This document shows, piece after piece, positions 15,884 to 23,409 of a DNA stretch of 30,691 nucleotides. Numbering within the stretch: position 1 is the stretch's first letter; the number at the start of each line of letters is the position of its first letter. Source of the DNA: Verrucomicrobiota bacterium (GTDB lineage Bacteria > Verrucomicrobiota > Verrucomicrobiia > Limisphaerales > CANJXF01); assembly GCA_039917795.1 (NCBI GenBank), contig JBDSIW010000190.1, positions 1-30,691 of the forward strand. Direction: 5' to 3'. Below the pieces are notes generated by a model. The model did not search any database and was not told where the DNA came from. It saw only the letters and a program-made list of their open reading frames with translations. The position numbers and the translations under genes are program-made.

Positions 15884-17692
15884 ATGAAAATTGACTGCCG
15901 TTCCGAGCCTGTATCCGCAACAACCTTCCGACTAAACCCACGGCTCATTTCGCTCGGGTTCGCCGTTATGATTGTTTTCTGCGCCACGAAATCCAGTGCT
16001 GAGGTCACCCTCGCCGATCAAGGCAAGAGCAAATACACCATCGTAGTGCCGGCCGACGCCATCGCTTCGGAGCGTTATGCCGCGGAAGAATTGCAACGTT
16101 ACCTCGAAAAAATGAGCGGTGCGAAACTCCCCATCGCGGCCTCTTCGCAAAACTCTTCCGCTCACGAAATCATCCTGGGGGACGATCCGCGACTGGCGCG
16201 TGTCGGCGCGAAGATCGATTACGCAAAACTTGGGCCCGACGGCTTCGTTGTGCGCACCGATGGAAATCGCCTGTTCATTTCGGGAGGCCGGCCGAGAGGG
16301 ACGTTGAACGGGGTTTACACATTGCTTGAGGAAAATCTCGGCGTGCGCTGGTTCACCCCGGAATTGGAAAAAGTTCCAAAACTGGATCGCGTCACTTTGC
16401 CGAAACTGGACGTGACAAAAATTCCGTCGCTCGAAAACCGCGACGTGTTCTGGAGCGAGCCGATGCACAACGTAGATTTCGCCGCGCGCCACCGGCTCAA
16501 CGGCCAGCATTACGGTTTGAAGGAAAAACACGGAGGCGCATTCGCGGTCTGCTTTCCATTTGTCCACAGCTTTGACGCGCTGGTGCCTCCCGAGCTTTTT
16601 AAAGAACACCCGGAATATTTTCCGCTCATCGATGGAAAACGAACGAATGGTTATGTCCAGCGTTGCCTGACGAATCCCGACGTGTTGAAAATTTCAATTG
16701 AGCGCGTGCGTCAATGGATCAAGGAACATCCCGAGGCCACGATCATCAGTGTTTCGCAAAACGACGCGTTCAAGAATTGCCAGTGTGAATTGTGCAAGGC
16801 GATTGACGACGCGGAGGGCAGCCCCGCGGGCTCCCTCTTAAAATTCGTCAACGCCGTGGCCGAGGCTATTGAGAAGGATCATCCCAACGTCCGCATTGAC
16901 ACGCTGGCCTACCAATACACACGCACCGCGCCGAAGACGATTCGCCCGCGGCACAATGTCATCGTCCGGCTTTGCTCGATCGAATGCTGTTTTGCCCACC
17001 CGCTCGAAACCTGCCCGGCTGAGGAGAACCGCCGCTTTCGCGACGATATCATCGCGTGGGGGCGGATCGCGCCGTTGCTTTACGTCTGGGATTACACCAC
17101 CGACTTCGGGCATTACCAGCAACCCTTTCCCAACTTCGATTCGTTGCAGTCCAATGCGCGCTTCTTCGTGCAACACGGCGTAAAAAGTCTGTTCGAGCAG
17201 GGCAATTATTCTGGCGGCGGCGCGGGCGAAATGGAACCGCTGCGCGCTTACCTTCTCGCAAAACTGCTGTGGAATCGCGACGCGGATGTGAAGAAGTTGA
17301 CCGAAGAATTTGCCACCGCCTACTACGGAAACGTTGCGCCGAAAATCCTTTCCTACCTCGACAAAATTCATAGCCCGGTGCGCGAAGGCGGTCTGCATCT
17401 GCATATTTTTAACGGACCCAAATCGCCTTACCTCAACGCCGACGTCATGGACGTTGCAGAGAAAATCCTGGATGAAGCCGAACGCGCGGCGGAAAATGAT
17501 GAGATTCGATTTCGTGTGCAGGCGGCGCGATTGCCGGTTTGGTACGTGAAAATCGCCACGGGCCGTGTGCCCGACGATGCGCGGAAAGATTTGGCAAAAC
17601 GATTTGTTGCGGTCGCACGAAAAGCGGGGGTTTCGAACCTGAGCGAAACCGCCACGTTGTCCGACTGGGCGAAAAAACAGGGAGTCGAATAA
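15884..17692 (+). CDS. DUF4838-domain putative glycoside hydrolase with N-terminal GH20/GH67-like accessory domain
   Basis: N-terminal YAAEELQRYLEKMSGAKLPI...DGFVVRTDGNRLFISGGRPRGTLNGVYTLLEENLGVRWFTP. DUF4838 core CLTNPDV, SVSQND...CQCELC, TLAYQYT, LYVWDY, YLLAKLLWN. The start is uncertain (15809, 15884 or 15968); the signal-like segment ends ...TKSSA|EV. Confidence 0.85.
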   Translation: MKIDCRSEPVSATTFRLNPRLISLGFAVMIVFCATKSSAEVTLADQGKSKYTIVVPADAIASERYAAEELQRYLEKMSGAKLPIAASSQNSSAHEIILGDDPRLARVGAKIDYAKLGPDGFVVRTDGNRLFISGGRPRGTLNGVYTLLEENLGVRWFTPELEKVPKLDRVTLPKLDVTKIPSLENRDVFWSEPMHNVDFAARHRLNGQHYGLKEKHGGAFAVCFPFVHSFDALVPPELFKEHPEYFPLIDGKRTNGYVQRCLTNPDVLKISIERVRQWIKEHPEATIISVSQNDAFKNCQCELCKAIDDAEGSPAGSLLKFVNAVAEAIEKDHPNVRIDTLAYQYTRTAPKTIRPRHNVIVRLCSIECCFAHPLETCPAEENRRFRDDIIAWGRIAPLLYVWDYTTDFGHYQQPFPNFDSLQSNARFFVQHGVKSLFEQGNYSGGGAGEMEPLRAYLLAKLLWNRDADVKKLTEEFATAYYGNVAPKILSYLDKIHSPVREGGLHLHIFNGPKSPYLNADVMDVAEKILDEAERAAENDEIRFRVQAARLPVWYVKIATGRVPDDARKDLAKRFVAVARKAGVSNLSETATLSDWAKKQGVE

Positions 17693-17733
17693 GGCGAGTT
17701 CTGCCGTGAGGTGAAGCGCGAGCGGCAAATCAA

Positions 17734-18765
17734 TTACCGCGATTGGCTCGACGGCGGCTTCAACAATTCTTCGTGAGATAAAACCCGGGGAAGGTTTTTG
17801 GTCGAGCCAGGATTCGAGGCGGCGCGCAACAGATTCATGGCGAACCTTTGCGCCGCAGGATCTGCTGAAATCGACGCTTCGAGATCAAGGTCGCAAACCC
17901 AAAGGCGTCCTCGACCGAGCGGAATTTCAAAGAACACGCTGCGATATTGCTCCGGCAGTTTCTCGGCGGGGATGTAACCATGCGGCGGAATGAACCGAAC
18001 CAGTTCGCGCGCCATCGAGTTGGTTTGGAGCCGATGTGAGGTATCAGCGACAAATACGCGCCAGTCGTCTTTGCGGCCCCACCATTTCAAATCCATCGGC
18101 CTGAGCCCGTCAGCGAGCATCGTTGTCGCGCAAGGCGAGAAGTCCGCAAATTCACCCGGCGCTTTTTTGGCGTCGATCACCTCGGCGGGAAAAAGCTTCG
18201 CCAGCTTTTCTCCTGGCGAAAATACAATCGCGGTGGCGCCCTGTTCAATCGCCACCCGCAAAACGCCGGCGTTCTCCAGGCCAGCAAGGTCGTCATCTTT
18301 GCCTAGCAAAACCAGGCGGGCATTTTGGGGTGGGGAATGAATATCCGGGCCGCCCACGGTTCGCAAGAGGCGGCTTAACTCCGGACCGAGACCGCGGGCG
18401 AACCCCGGCACTGCGGCCTTGTTCGCTGTTGGTGGCGGCCACACCTCGACAAAATCGGTGGTGCGGCTGATTTCCGCAGTGCCACGCAACAGACGGAGAA
18501 CGAGCGCGAACTCGCGACGACCGGCAGAAGGAGGAAAGTCAATTCTGACCGGGACGCGAGCTGTTTCGTAGTAGCGCAACCGGGAAACGCGTCCAATTTC
18601 GGCGACGCTGAATTTCTTCCGGGTCTTGCGATCCACCAGAGTGAGTTCAATGCGGAGGTCGGAAAAATTCTCCTCCGTTTCGCTGTCGTTCGTGATGAAA
18701 ACCGCTGTGTCGATTTCCTCGCCGTCGAAGAAACGCCTCCGGTTGGACTCCAAAGCGAGCCCCAC
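17734..18765 (-). CDS. C-terminal fragment of the disrupted GH2 (Ig-like plus accessory domain)
   Basis: 343-codon ORF starting at GTG immediately after the frameshift site. It may or may not be translated independently. Confidence 0.45.
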   Translation of the reverse strand: MGLALESNRRRFFDGEEIDTAVFITNDSETEENFSDLRIELTLVDRKTRKKFSVAEIGRVSRLRYYETARVPVRIDFPPSAGRREFALVLRLLRGTAEISRTTDFVEVWPPPTANKAAVPGFARGLGPELSRLLRTVGGPDIHSPPQNARLVLLGKDDDLAGLENAGVLRVAIEQGATAIVFSPGEKLAKLFPAEVIDAKKAPGEFADFSPCATTMLADGLRPMDLKWWGRKDDWRVFVADTSHRLQTNSMARELVRFIPPHGYIPAEKLPEQYRSVFFEIPLGRGRLWVCDLDLEASISADPAAQRFAMNLLRAASNPGSTKNLPRVLSHEELLKPPSSQSR

Positions 18766-20450
18766 GCGGGCGCAAACGCCTCGCGGACGGATTCAAGAAC
18801 GGGATACGGCTCGACGCGTTTCGGATCGTAACTGTGCGAGAACCAGGTTTCCGCCGCGAACAACATGAAGCCCGCGGTATTCGTGCCGCGCTCAAATCGC
18901 AATCGCTCGGCCCATCGCTTGGTCACAGCCCGGTGATGTTCCAGGAAAAACCTGGGATCATTTCCAGGGTAAGCGAGATTTCCGACCCAGGCTTGTGGCG
19001 TCAACAAATCGCGCGTGTAACGAAAAACGGGCAGCCCGGTGTCGAGATCAGGGTAGCCGCTGGACATTTCCTGGCCGATGAGCGGGCGGGCGCCGCCGTT
19101 GATTTTGGCTTCTTTCTCGAATTTCGAATCGATCACGAACGCGGAAGGGGCATACCAGTTGTTGTAGCGATGGATGTCGTCCGCGTCGCCGTCGTCGAGG
19201 TGGTTGGGCTGGATCAGGTCGCTGAAAAGTTCCGGCTCGCGCGCGTATTCGGAGGAACAGATTACGGGGCGAGTCGGGTCGAGCGCGCGCGTCTGCTTGA
19301 CCACCTCGGAAAGCTGTCGCCACTTCTCCAGGTTTTTCGAGTCCTTCAGCATCATTTCATTTCCAATCGTGTAGAGCAAAACACTCGGATGATTTCGCGC
19401 GCGTTTCACCACGTCGGCATTTTCCATCAGCCAATGGGCAAAAAGAGCGGGAGGCGTCGCGCCGATTTTGCCCGCCAGCGCCCAGGGACGAATTCCTTCC
19501 AGGCTGACGCCCAACCCGATTTCGTCCGCGGAGTCGAGCCACGCTTCATTCCACGGCGTCGCGTGCGTGCGCGTGATTCGGATATTGGCGTCGTGCAGTT
19601 GCTGAATCAGCTTTCGGGCGAGCGCGGGATCGGATGAATTTTTTCCGTAGGGCAAATGGTTGGCGCCGCGAAGCCAATAAGGTTTGTCGTTGAGAAAGAA
19701 TTGATTTCCGCGGACTGCGAAAGTTCGGAAGCCGACGTTCTCGGTCCACGAATCCACAATGTCACCTGCGTAGGTTTCAAGGGTCAAATTGAGCCGGTAC
19801 AAATTGGGTTCCGCCGGCGTCCAGAGTTTTGGTTTTGCGTCGCGAAGTAAGAGTGTATGGGCGACGCGATTGGTGTTCGCCGCAACGTTCTCCGCGGAAA
19901 CTTCCGTGAAAACCTTGCCCGTTTTTGCTTCCGTCCAGCGCGCTTTTAAAAGGAGAGCGGTGGGGCGTGGAGTGCGCGCCGCACCGGGTGGCGTAGAGTT
20001 GGGTTCAAGAAACTCCGTTTCGACACGCACCTCTGCACCGGTGAGGGAGGGAATAAACCAAACATCGTTGAGCTTCGCCTCGCCTCGTACGACCAGCTTT
20101 ACCGGCTGCCAGATTCCGTGAAGGTCGTAGGCGCGGTTGTTGAAGTTGGGCGAGAGCGGACCGAACATGCCTTTGCTCATGCTCATGACTTTCGAGGCGG
20201 TGAGATTGACCGTCACGGCTTCCCCCATAACGAGCGACGAGGGCGATATCTTTTCCATGGATACAAAAACGGCGATGAGATTGGGCCCGGGCTTTAACTC
20301 GGTCGTGAGGTCGTAGCTGAACCGGCTGAACATCCCGTCGTGCGAGCCGATAAGCTTTCCGTTGCAAAACGTTTTGGAACGCATCGCAACACCGTCGAAC
20401 TCCAGGAAAAGGTGCTTGCCTTTGGGAACCGCAGGAAGATCGAGCCACAA
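18375..20450 (-). CDS. Central GH2 fragment containing the catalytic TIM barrel (last ~130 codons are out-of-frame tail)
   Basis: The translation given in the ORF track matches only the reverse complement (TTG TGG CTC GAT from 20450; TAA at 18377-18375), so the strand is minus. It contains the TIGNE and GQEMSSGY motifs. Confidence 0.55.
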   Translation of the reverse strand: MWLDLPAVPKGKHLFLEFDGVAMRSKTFCNGKLIGSHDGMFSRFSYDLTTELKPGPNLIAVFVSMEKISPSSLVMGEAVTVNLTASKVMSMSKGMFGPLSPNFNNRAYDLHGIWQPVKLVVRGEAKLNDVWFIPSLTGAEVRVETEFLEPNSTPPGAARTPRPTALLLKARWTEAKTGKVFTEVSAENVAANTNRVAHTLLLRDAKPKLWTPAEPNLYRLNLTLETYAGDIVDSWTENVGFRTFAVRGNQFFLNDKPYWLRGANHLPYGKNSSDPALARKLIQQLHDANIRITRTHATPWNEAWLDSADEIGLGVSLEGIRPWALAGKIGATPPALFAHWLMENADVVKRARNHPSVLLYTIGNEMMLKDSKNLEKWRQLSEVVKQTRALDPTRPVICSSEYAREPELFSDLIQPNHLDDGDADDIHRYNNWYAPSAFVIDSKFEKEAKINGGARPLIGQEMSSGYPDLDTGLPVFRYTRDLLTPQAWVGNLAYPGNDPRFFLEHHRAVTKRWAERLRFERGTNTAGFMLFAAETWFSHSYDPKRVEPYPVLESVREAFAPAWGSLWSPTGGVSSTARKSTQRFSSRTTAKRRRIFPTSALNSLWWIARPGRNSASPKLDAFPGCATTKQLASRSELTFLLLPVVASSRSFSVCCVALRKSAAPPILSRCGRHQQRTRPQCRGSPAVSVRS

Positions 20451-20791
20451 ATGATACCAGCCATCCTCGGCGCGATCCGTGTTGAAGCCAAGTTTTTTGA
20501 GCCGCGCGGTCTCAAATTTTTTGAAGTCCTCCGAATCATCCAGCCATTAATGAATGCGATTGAGCAATTGCGGGACACGCACGGGCCGGAATTGCTTTCT
20601 CACTTCGGAGCTTTGCGGACTTTGGTTTGCTCCAATCGCGTAGCCAGGTTGGTAAAGCCAGTCGCCGGTGAGATCGTAGGAACTTCCGGCGCGAAGTTTT
20701 TCCCCTGCCAGATCGATGCGCCCGTCCCGGATGAGGGTTTTTGCGGAGGCAACGCAAGCGACTGCCATCATGCAGAGCAACAGTATTTTTT

Positions 20792-22186
20792 TCATGAACC
20801 TCTGGCTGGAGAAATCTCGAGACGGGCGGGTTGCAATTTCGGCACCAGCAAATGGATCAGGAGCAACGCAACTAAATAGGCCGATCCGGCAATCGCAAAA
20901 ATCCAGGTGTAACTTCCTGTTGCCTGCAAAATTGCGCCGACCAGCAAGGAGATGAACATTCCGCCAATCGCGCCGGCCATTCCGCCGATCCCCACCACCG
21001 ATCCCACCGCTTTGCGCGGGAACATGTCCGAGGTGATCGTGTATAAATTGGCGGACCAGCCCTGGTGCGCGGCGGCGGCGACGCCGAGGATGGCCACCGC
21101 GACCCAAAGGCTTTTTACGTTCGCGGCGAACAGCACCGGCAACACGCACAACGCGCAAACCAGCATGGTGATTTTGCGGGCGCGATTCGCTGTCCAGCCG
21201 CGTTTGATCAACGAGGACGACAACCAGCCTCCACCGATGCTCCCCACATCTGCGAGTAAATAAATGGCGATCAACGGCGGCCCCATAGAACTGACCTTCA
21301 CCTCAACGCCATGTTTCTTGCTCAGGAAATCCGGTACCCAAAACAGATAAAGCCACCATGCGGGATCGGTCAGAAATTTTCCAACGGCGAAGGCCCATGT
21401 TTGCCGGTAGGTCAAAAGTCTCGACCAGCCGATGTGTGCGGGAGGATCCGACGGGTCGCTTTGGATGTGCGCCAGCTCGGCCGGTTGGAGTCGGGGATGA
21501 TTTTGCGGAGGGTGATAAATCGCCAGCCAGCAAACCAGCCAGATAAATCCGAGCAACCCGGTCACGATGAACGCCGCTTTCCAACCCCAGTGCTCGACGA
21601 TCCAAGGCACCAGCAATGGCGTGGCAAGCGCGCCGACATTCGTCCCGGAATTGAAAATACCCGTGGCCAGCGCCCGCTCTTTTCCCGGAAACCATTCCGC
21701 GACCGTTTTGATTGCCGCCGGAAAATTACCCGCCTCGCCCAGTCCAAGGAGAAACCGCGCGATGGCAAAACCAGCGGCCGCTCCCGCAAGTGTCACTATG
21801 GAAAATCCGGTCTTCGCGTCCAGATTTAAAACCGGCAGACGCAACCCCGCCACGCTGTCGGCTCCGGCGTGAGCCATCGCGGCGATGCTCCACAAAACGA
21901 TGGCGATGGCGAAACCCACTCGTGTTCCGACTCGATCCATGAACCGCCCGGCAAAAATGAATCCAATCGCGTAGGCAAACTGAAAGCTGAAAATGATGGA
22001 GGCGTAGATGCGTTCGTCCGACCAGCCAAATTCCTTTTGCAGGGGTCCTTTTAGAATCCCAATGACCTGCCGGTCGATGTAATTAATGGTCGCGGCAAAG
22101 AAAAGCAGGGCGCAAATAATCCAGCGAAAATTACCAATGCGCGGGCCGATCTGCAATTCATCGGGACTCTGAGTCGAGCGGGGCAT
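20792..22186 (-). CDS. MFS transporter, ExuT-like hexuronate (ACS family) permease
   Basis: RWIICALLFFAATINYIDRQVIGIL, GRFMDRVGTR, RFLLGLGEAGNFPAAIKTVAEWFP..ERALATGIFNSGTNVGA, KFLTDPAWWLYLFWVP, AHQGWSANLYTITSDMFP. ATGA overlap (20792-20795) with the GH2 start. Confidence 0.92.
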   Translation of the reverse strand: MPRSTQSPDELQIGPRIGNFRWIICALLFFAATINYIDRQVIGILKGPLQKEFGWSDERIYASIIFSFQFAYAIGFIFAGRFMDRVGTRVGFAIAIVLWSIAAMAHAGADSVAGLRLPVLNLDAKTGFSIVTLAGAAAGFAIARFLLGLGEAGNFPAAIKTVAEWFPGKERALATGIFNSGTNVGALATPLLVPWIVEHWGWKAAFIVTGLLGFIWLVCWLAIYHPPQNHPRLQPAELAHIQSDPSDPPAHIGWSRLLTYRQTWAFAVGKFLTDPAWWLYLFWVPDFLSKKHGVEVKVSSMGPPLIAIYLLADVGSIGGGWLSSSLIKRGWTANRARKITMLVCALCVLPVLFAANVKSLWVAVAILGVAAAAHQGWSANLYTITSDMFPRKAVGSVVGIGGMAGAIGGMFISLLVGAILQATGSYTWIFAIAGSAYLVALLLIHLLVPKLQPARLEISPARGS

Positions 22187-22231
22187 GGTGCAGCTTGTCG
22201 GCGTCGATGGCCCATGGTCAACCCTCTTTCC

Positions 22232-23281
22232 TCAACACGGCGCAGGCCCGCTGGACTGGCGAACGATGAGTTCCTCGGGCACGAGGATGGTCCGATGGCC
22301 AGCGACAAGGTTCTCGCGTTGTTCCGCGATCAAATTCACCGAGCCCTCGGCGACGCGGCGGGCAGACAAGGCAAACGTGGTCAAGGCCGGACGCCAGTAT
22401 TTACCCATGACCGAATCGCCAAAGCCAACCACGGAAAAATCCTCCGGGCAGCGGCGCCCGGCGTCACCAGCAGCGGTAATAACTCCCAGCGCGATCTCGT
22501 CGTTGATGCAAATGGCGGCGGTGACGCTGGCGTCCTGTTGCAGGAGACGCGGAAAACCGCTCAGCCCGCCCTCGAAACCGAACTCCACAATATTCACGAC
22601 TCGAGCCTCGTCGAATTTCAGCCCGGCAGATTCGAGGGCGCGGCGGTAGCCAGCGACTTTGCACAGCGTCGTTTTCGGACGCGTCAATGAATCCGAAATC
22701 AATCCGATGCGGCAATGCCCGAGGTCAATCAGGTGTTTCGTTCCGCGCAGGAAGGCTTCTTCGCGGTCGGGAGTCACCGTGGAAATGTCGGGCGGGCTGT
22801 CCGGCAATAAATCCACGACCGGAACTCCTTCCGCGGCGAGTTGGTTTAAATAGCTCGCTTGCATCGCGGGAGAATCCCACAGCACCAGAATCCCCCCGGC
22901 GTTGTGCAGCATCCGCCGCTTGAGAAATGTTTCCGCCTCGGCGTCGCTGTCGGCGACATGCACGGTCAATTCAAAACCGCGCGCGATCGCCGCCCGGCTG
23001 ATCGCCATGGCGGTGGCGGAGTGCGAGGTGGCGAGATCCCAGGTTACGATCAACAGAATGACCTGGCTCGTGTAACCGCGCTGGAGCGCGCGCCCGATGG
23101 GATTGATCTTGTAACCCAAGCGGTCCACGGCGTCATGCACCCGTTGTTTGGTGGCGTCAGTGATCCGCTGGGCGTGTTCGTTGTCGTTGATGACGTAGGA
23201 GACCGTGGAGAGAGAGACGTTCGCCTCGCGCGCCACGTCTTTGAGCGTCGCCCTGGTTTGTGCAATGCGTTTCAAGGTCAA
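22232..23281 (-). CDS. LacI-family transcriptional regulator
   Basis: HTH TLKDVAREANVSLSTVSYVIN, TKQRVHDAVDRLGY, and a periplasmic-binding-like effector domain (HLIDLGHCRIG, NDEIALG, PEDFSVVGFGD, PALTTF). TTG start (23281 or 23275). Confidence 0.93.
   Translation of the reverse strand: MTLKRIAQTRATLKDVAREANVSLSTVSYVINDNEHAQRITDATKQRVHDAVDRLGYKINPIGRALQRGYTSQVILLIVTWDLATSHSATAMAISRAAIARGFELTVHVADSDAEAETFLKRRMLHNAGGILVLWDSPAMQASYLNQLAAEGVPVVDLLPDSPPDISTVTPDREEAFLRGTKHLIDLGHCRIGLISDSLTRPKTTLCKVAGYRRALESAGLKFDEARVVNIVEFGFEGGLSGFPRLLQQDASVTAAICINDEIALGVITAAGDAGRRCPEDFSVVGFGDSVMGKYWRPALTTFALSARRVAEGSVNLIAEQRENLVAGHRTILVPEELIVRQSSGPAPC
23261..23274. promoter_or_regulatory. Candidate LacI-type operator O1 (TGCAATGCGTTTCA)
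   Basis: Pseudo-palindrome TG-AA-GC-TT-CA with a canonical right half-site CGTTTCA. It overlaps the lacI start region and shares 11 of 14 nt with the site at 23374. Confidence 0.4.
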
Positions 23282-23373
23282 TGATGTCGCGCGATCTTCA
23301 CCCGACGGCCGAGTGAGTGTCCAGAATTAGTTGAGATGGGTAGTTCGTTTCCGCACGGGTTTTCAACGATCAT

Positions 23374-23387
23374 TGCAAGGCGTTCCG
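23374..23387. promoter_or_regulatory. Candidate LacI-type operator O2 (TGCAAGGCGTTCCG)
   Basis: Second copy of TGCAAnGCGTT in the glmS-lacI intergenic region, 113 bp from O1. Confidence 0.35.
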
Positions 23388-23409
23388 TTCGCCGAATCGT
23401 GATGTGGAA

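Larger units (their letters stand above)
17734..20795 (-). pseudogene. Family 2 glycoside hydrolase (~1020 codons) interrupted by an in-frame TAA (20549-20547) and a frameshift near 18765-18768
   Basis: ATG 20795 begins signal peptide MKKILLLCMMAVACVASA. The minus strand reads ...LNRIH-TAA-WLDDSEDFKKF...GWYHLWLDLP in one frame. GH2 motifs follow: LEFDGV, VGFRTF..RGNQFFLNDKPYWLRGANH, RNHPSVLLYTIGNE (acid/base), IGQEMSSGY (likely nucleophile). After ...VREAFAP the sensible sequence continues in another frame (VGLALESNRRRFFDGE...) to TAA 17734. The 3062-nt span is not a multiple of 3. A sequencing or assembly error is not excluded. Confidence 0.8.

Noticed and set aside
18740-18800. Programmed -1 frameshift or stop-codon recoding in the GH2 gene
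   Set aside because: There is no X-XXY-YYZ slippery heptamer at the junction. TAA terminates other genes here normally, so code reassignment is unsupported.
18375-20450. ORF-track strand labels: 18375..20450 listed as + and 18834..19637 listed as -
   Set aside because: The first translation matches only the reverse complement (TTG TGG CTC from 20450). The second matches the forward strand (GTG CGA GAA at 18834). I treated them as minus-strand GH2 and a plus-strand antisense shadow ORF.
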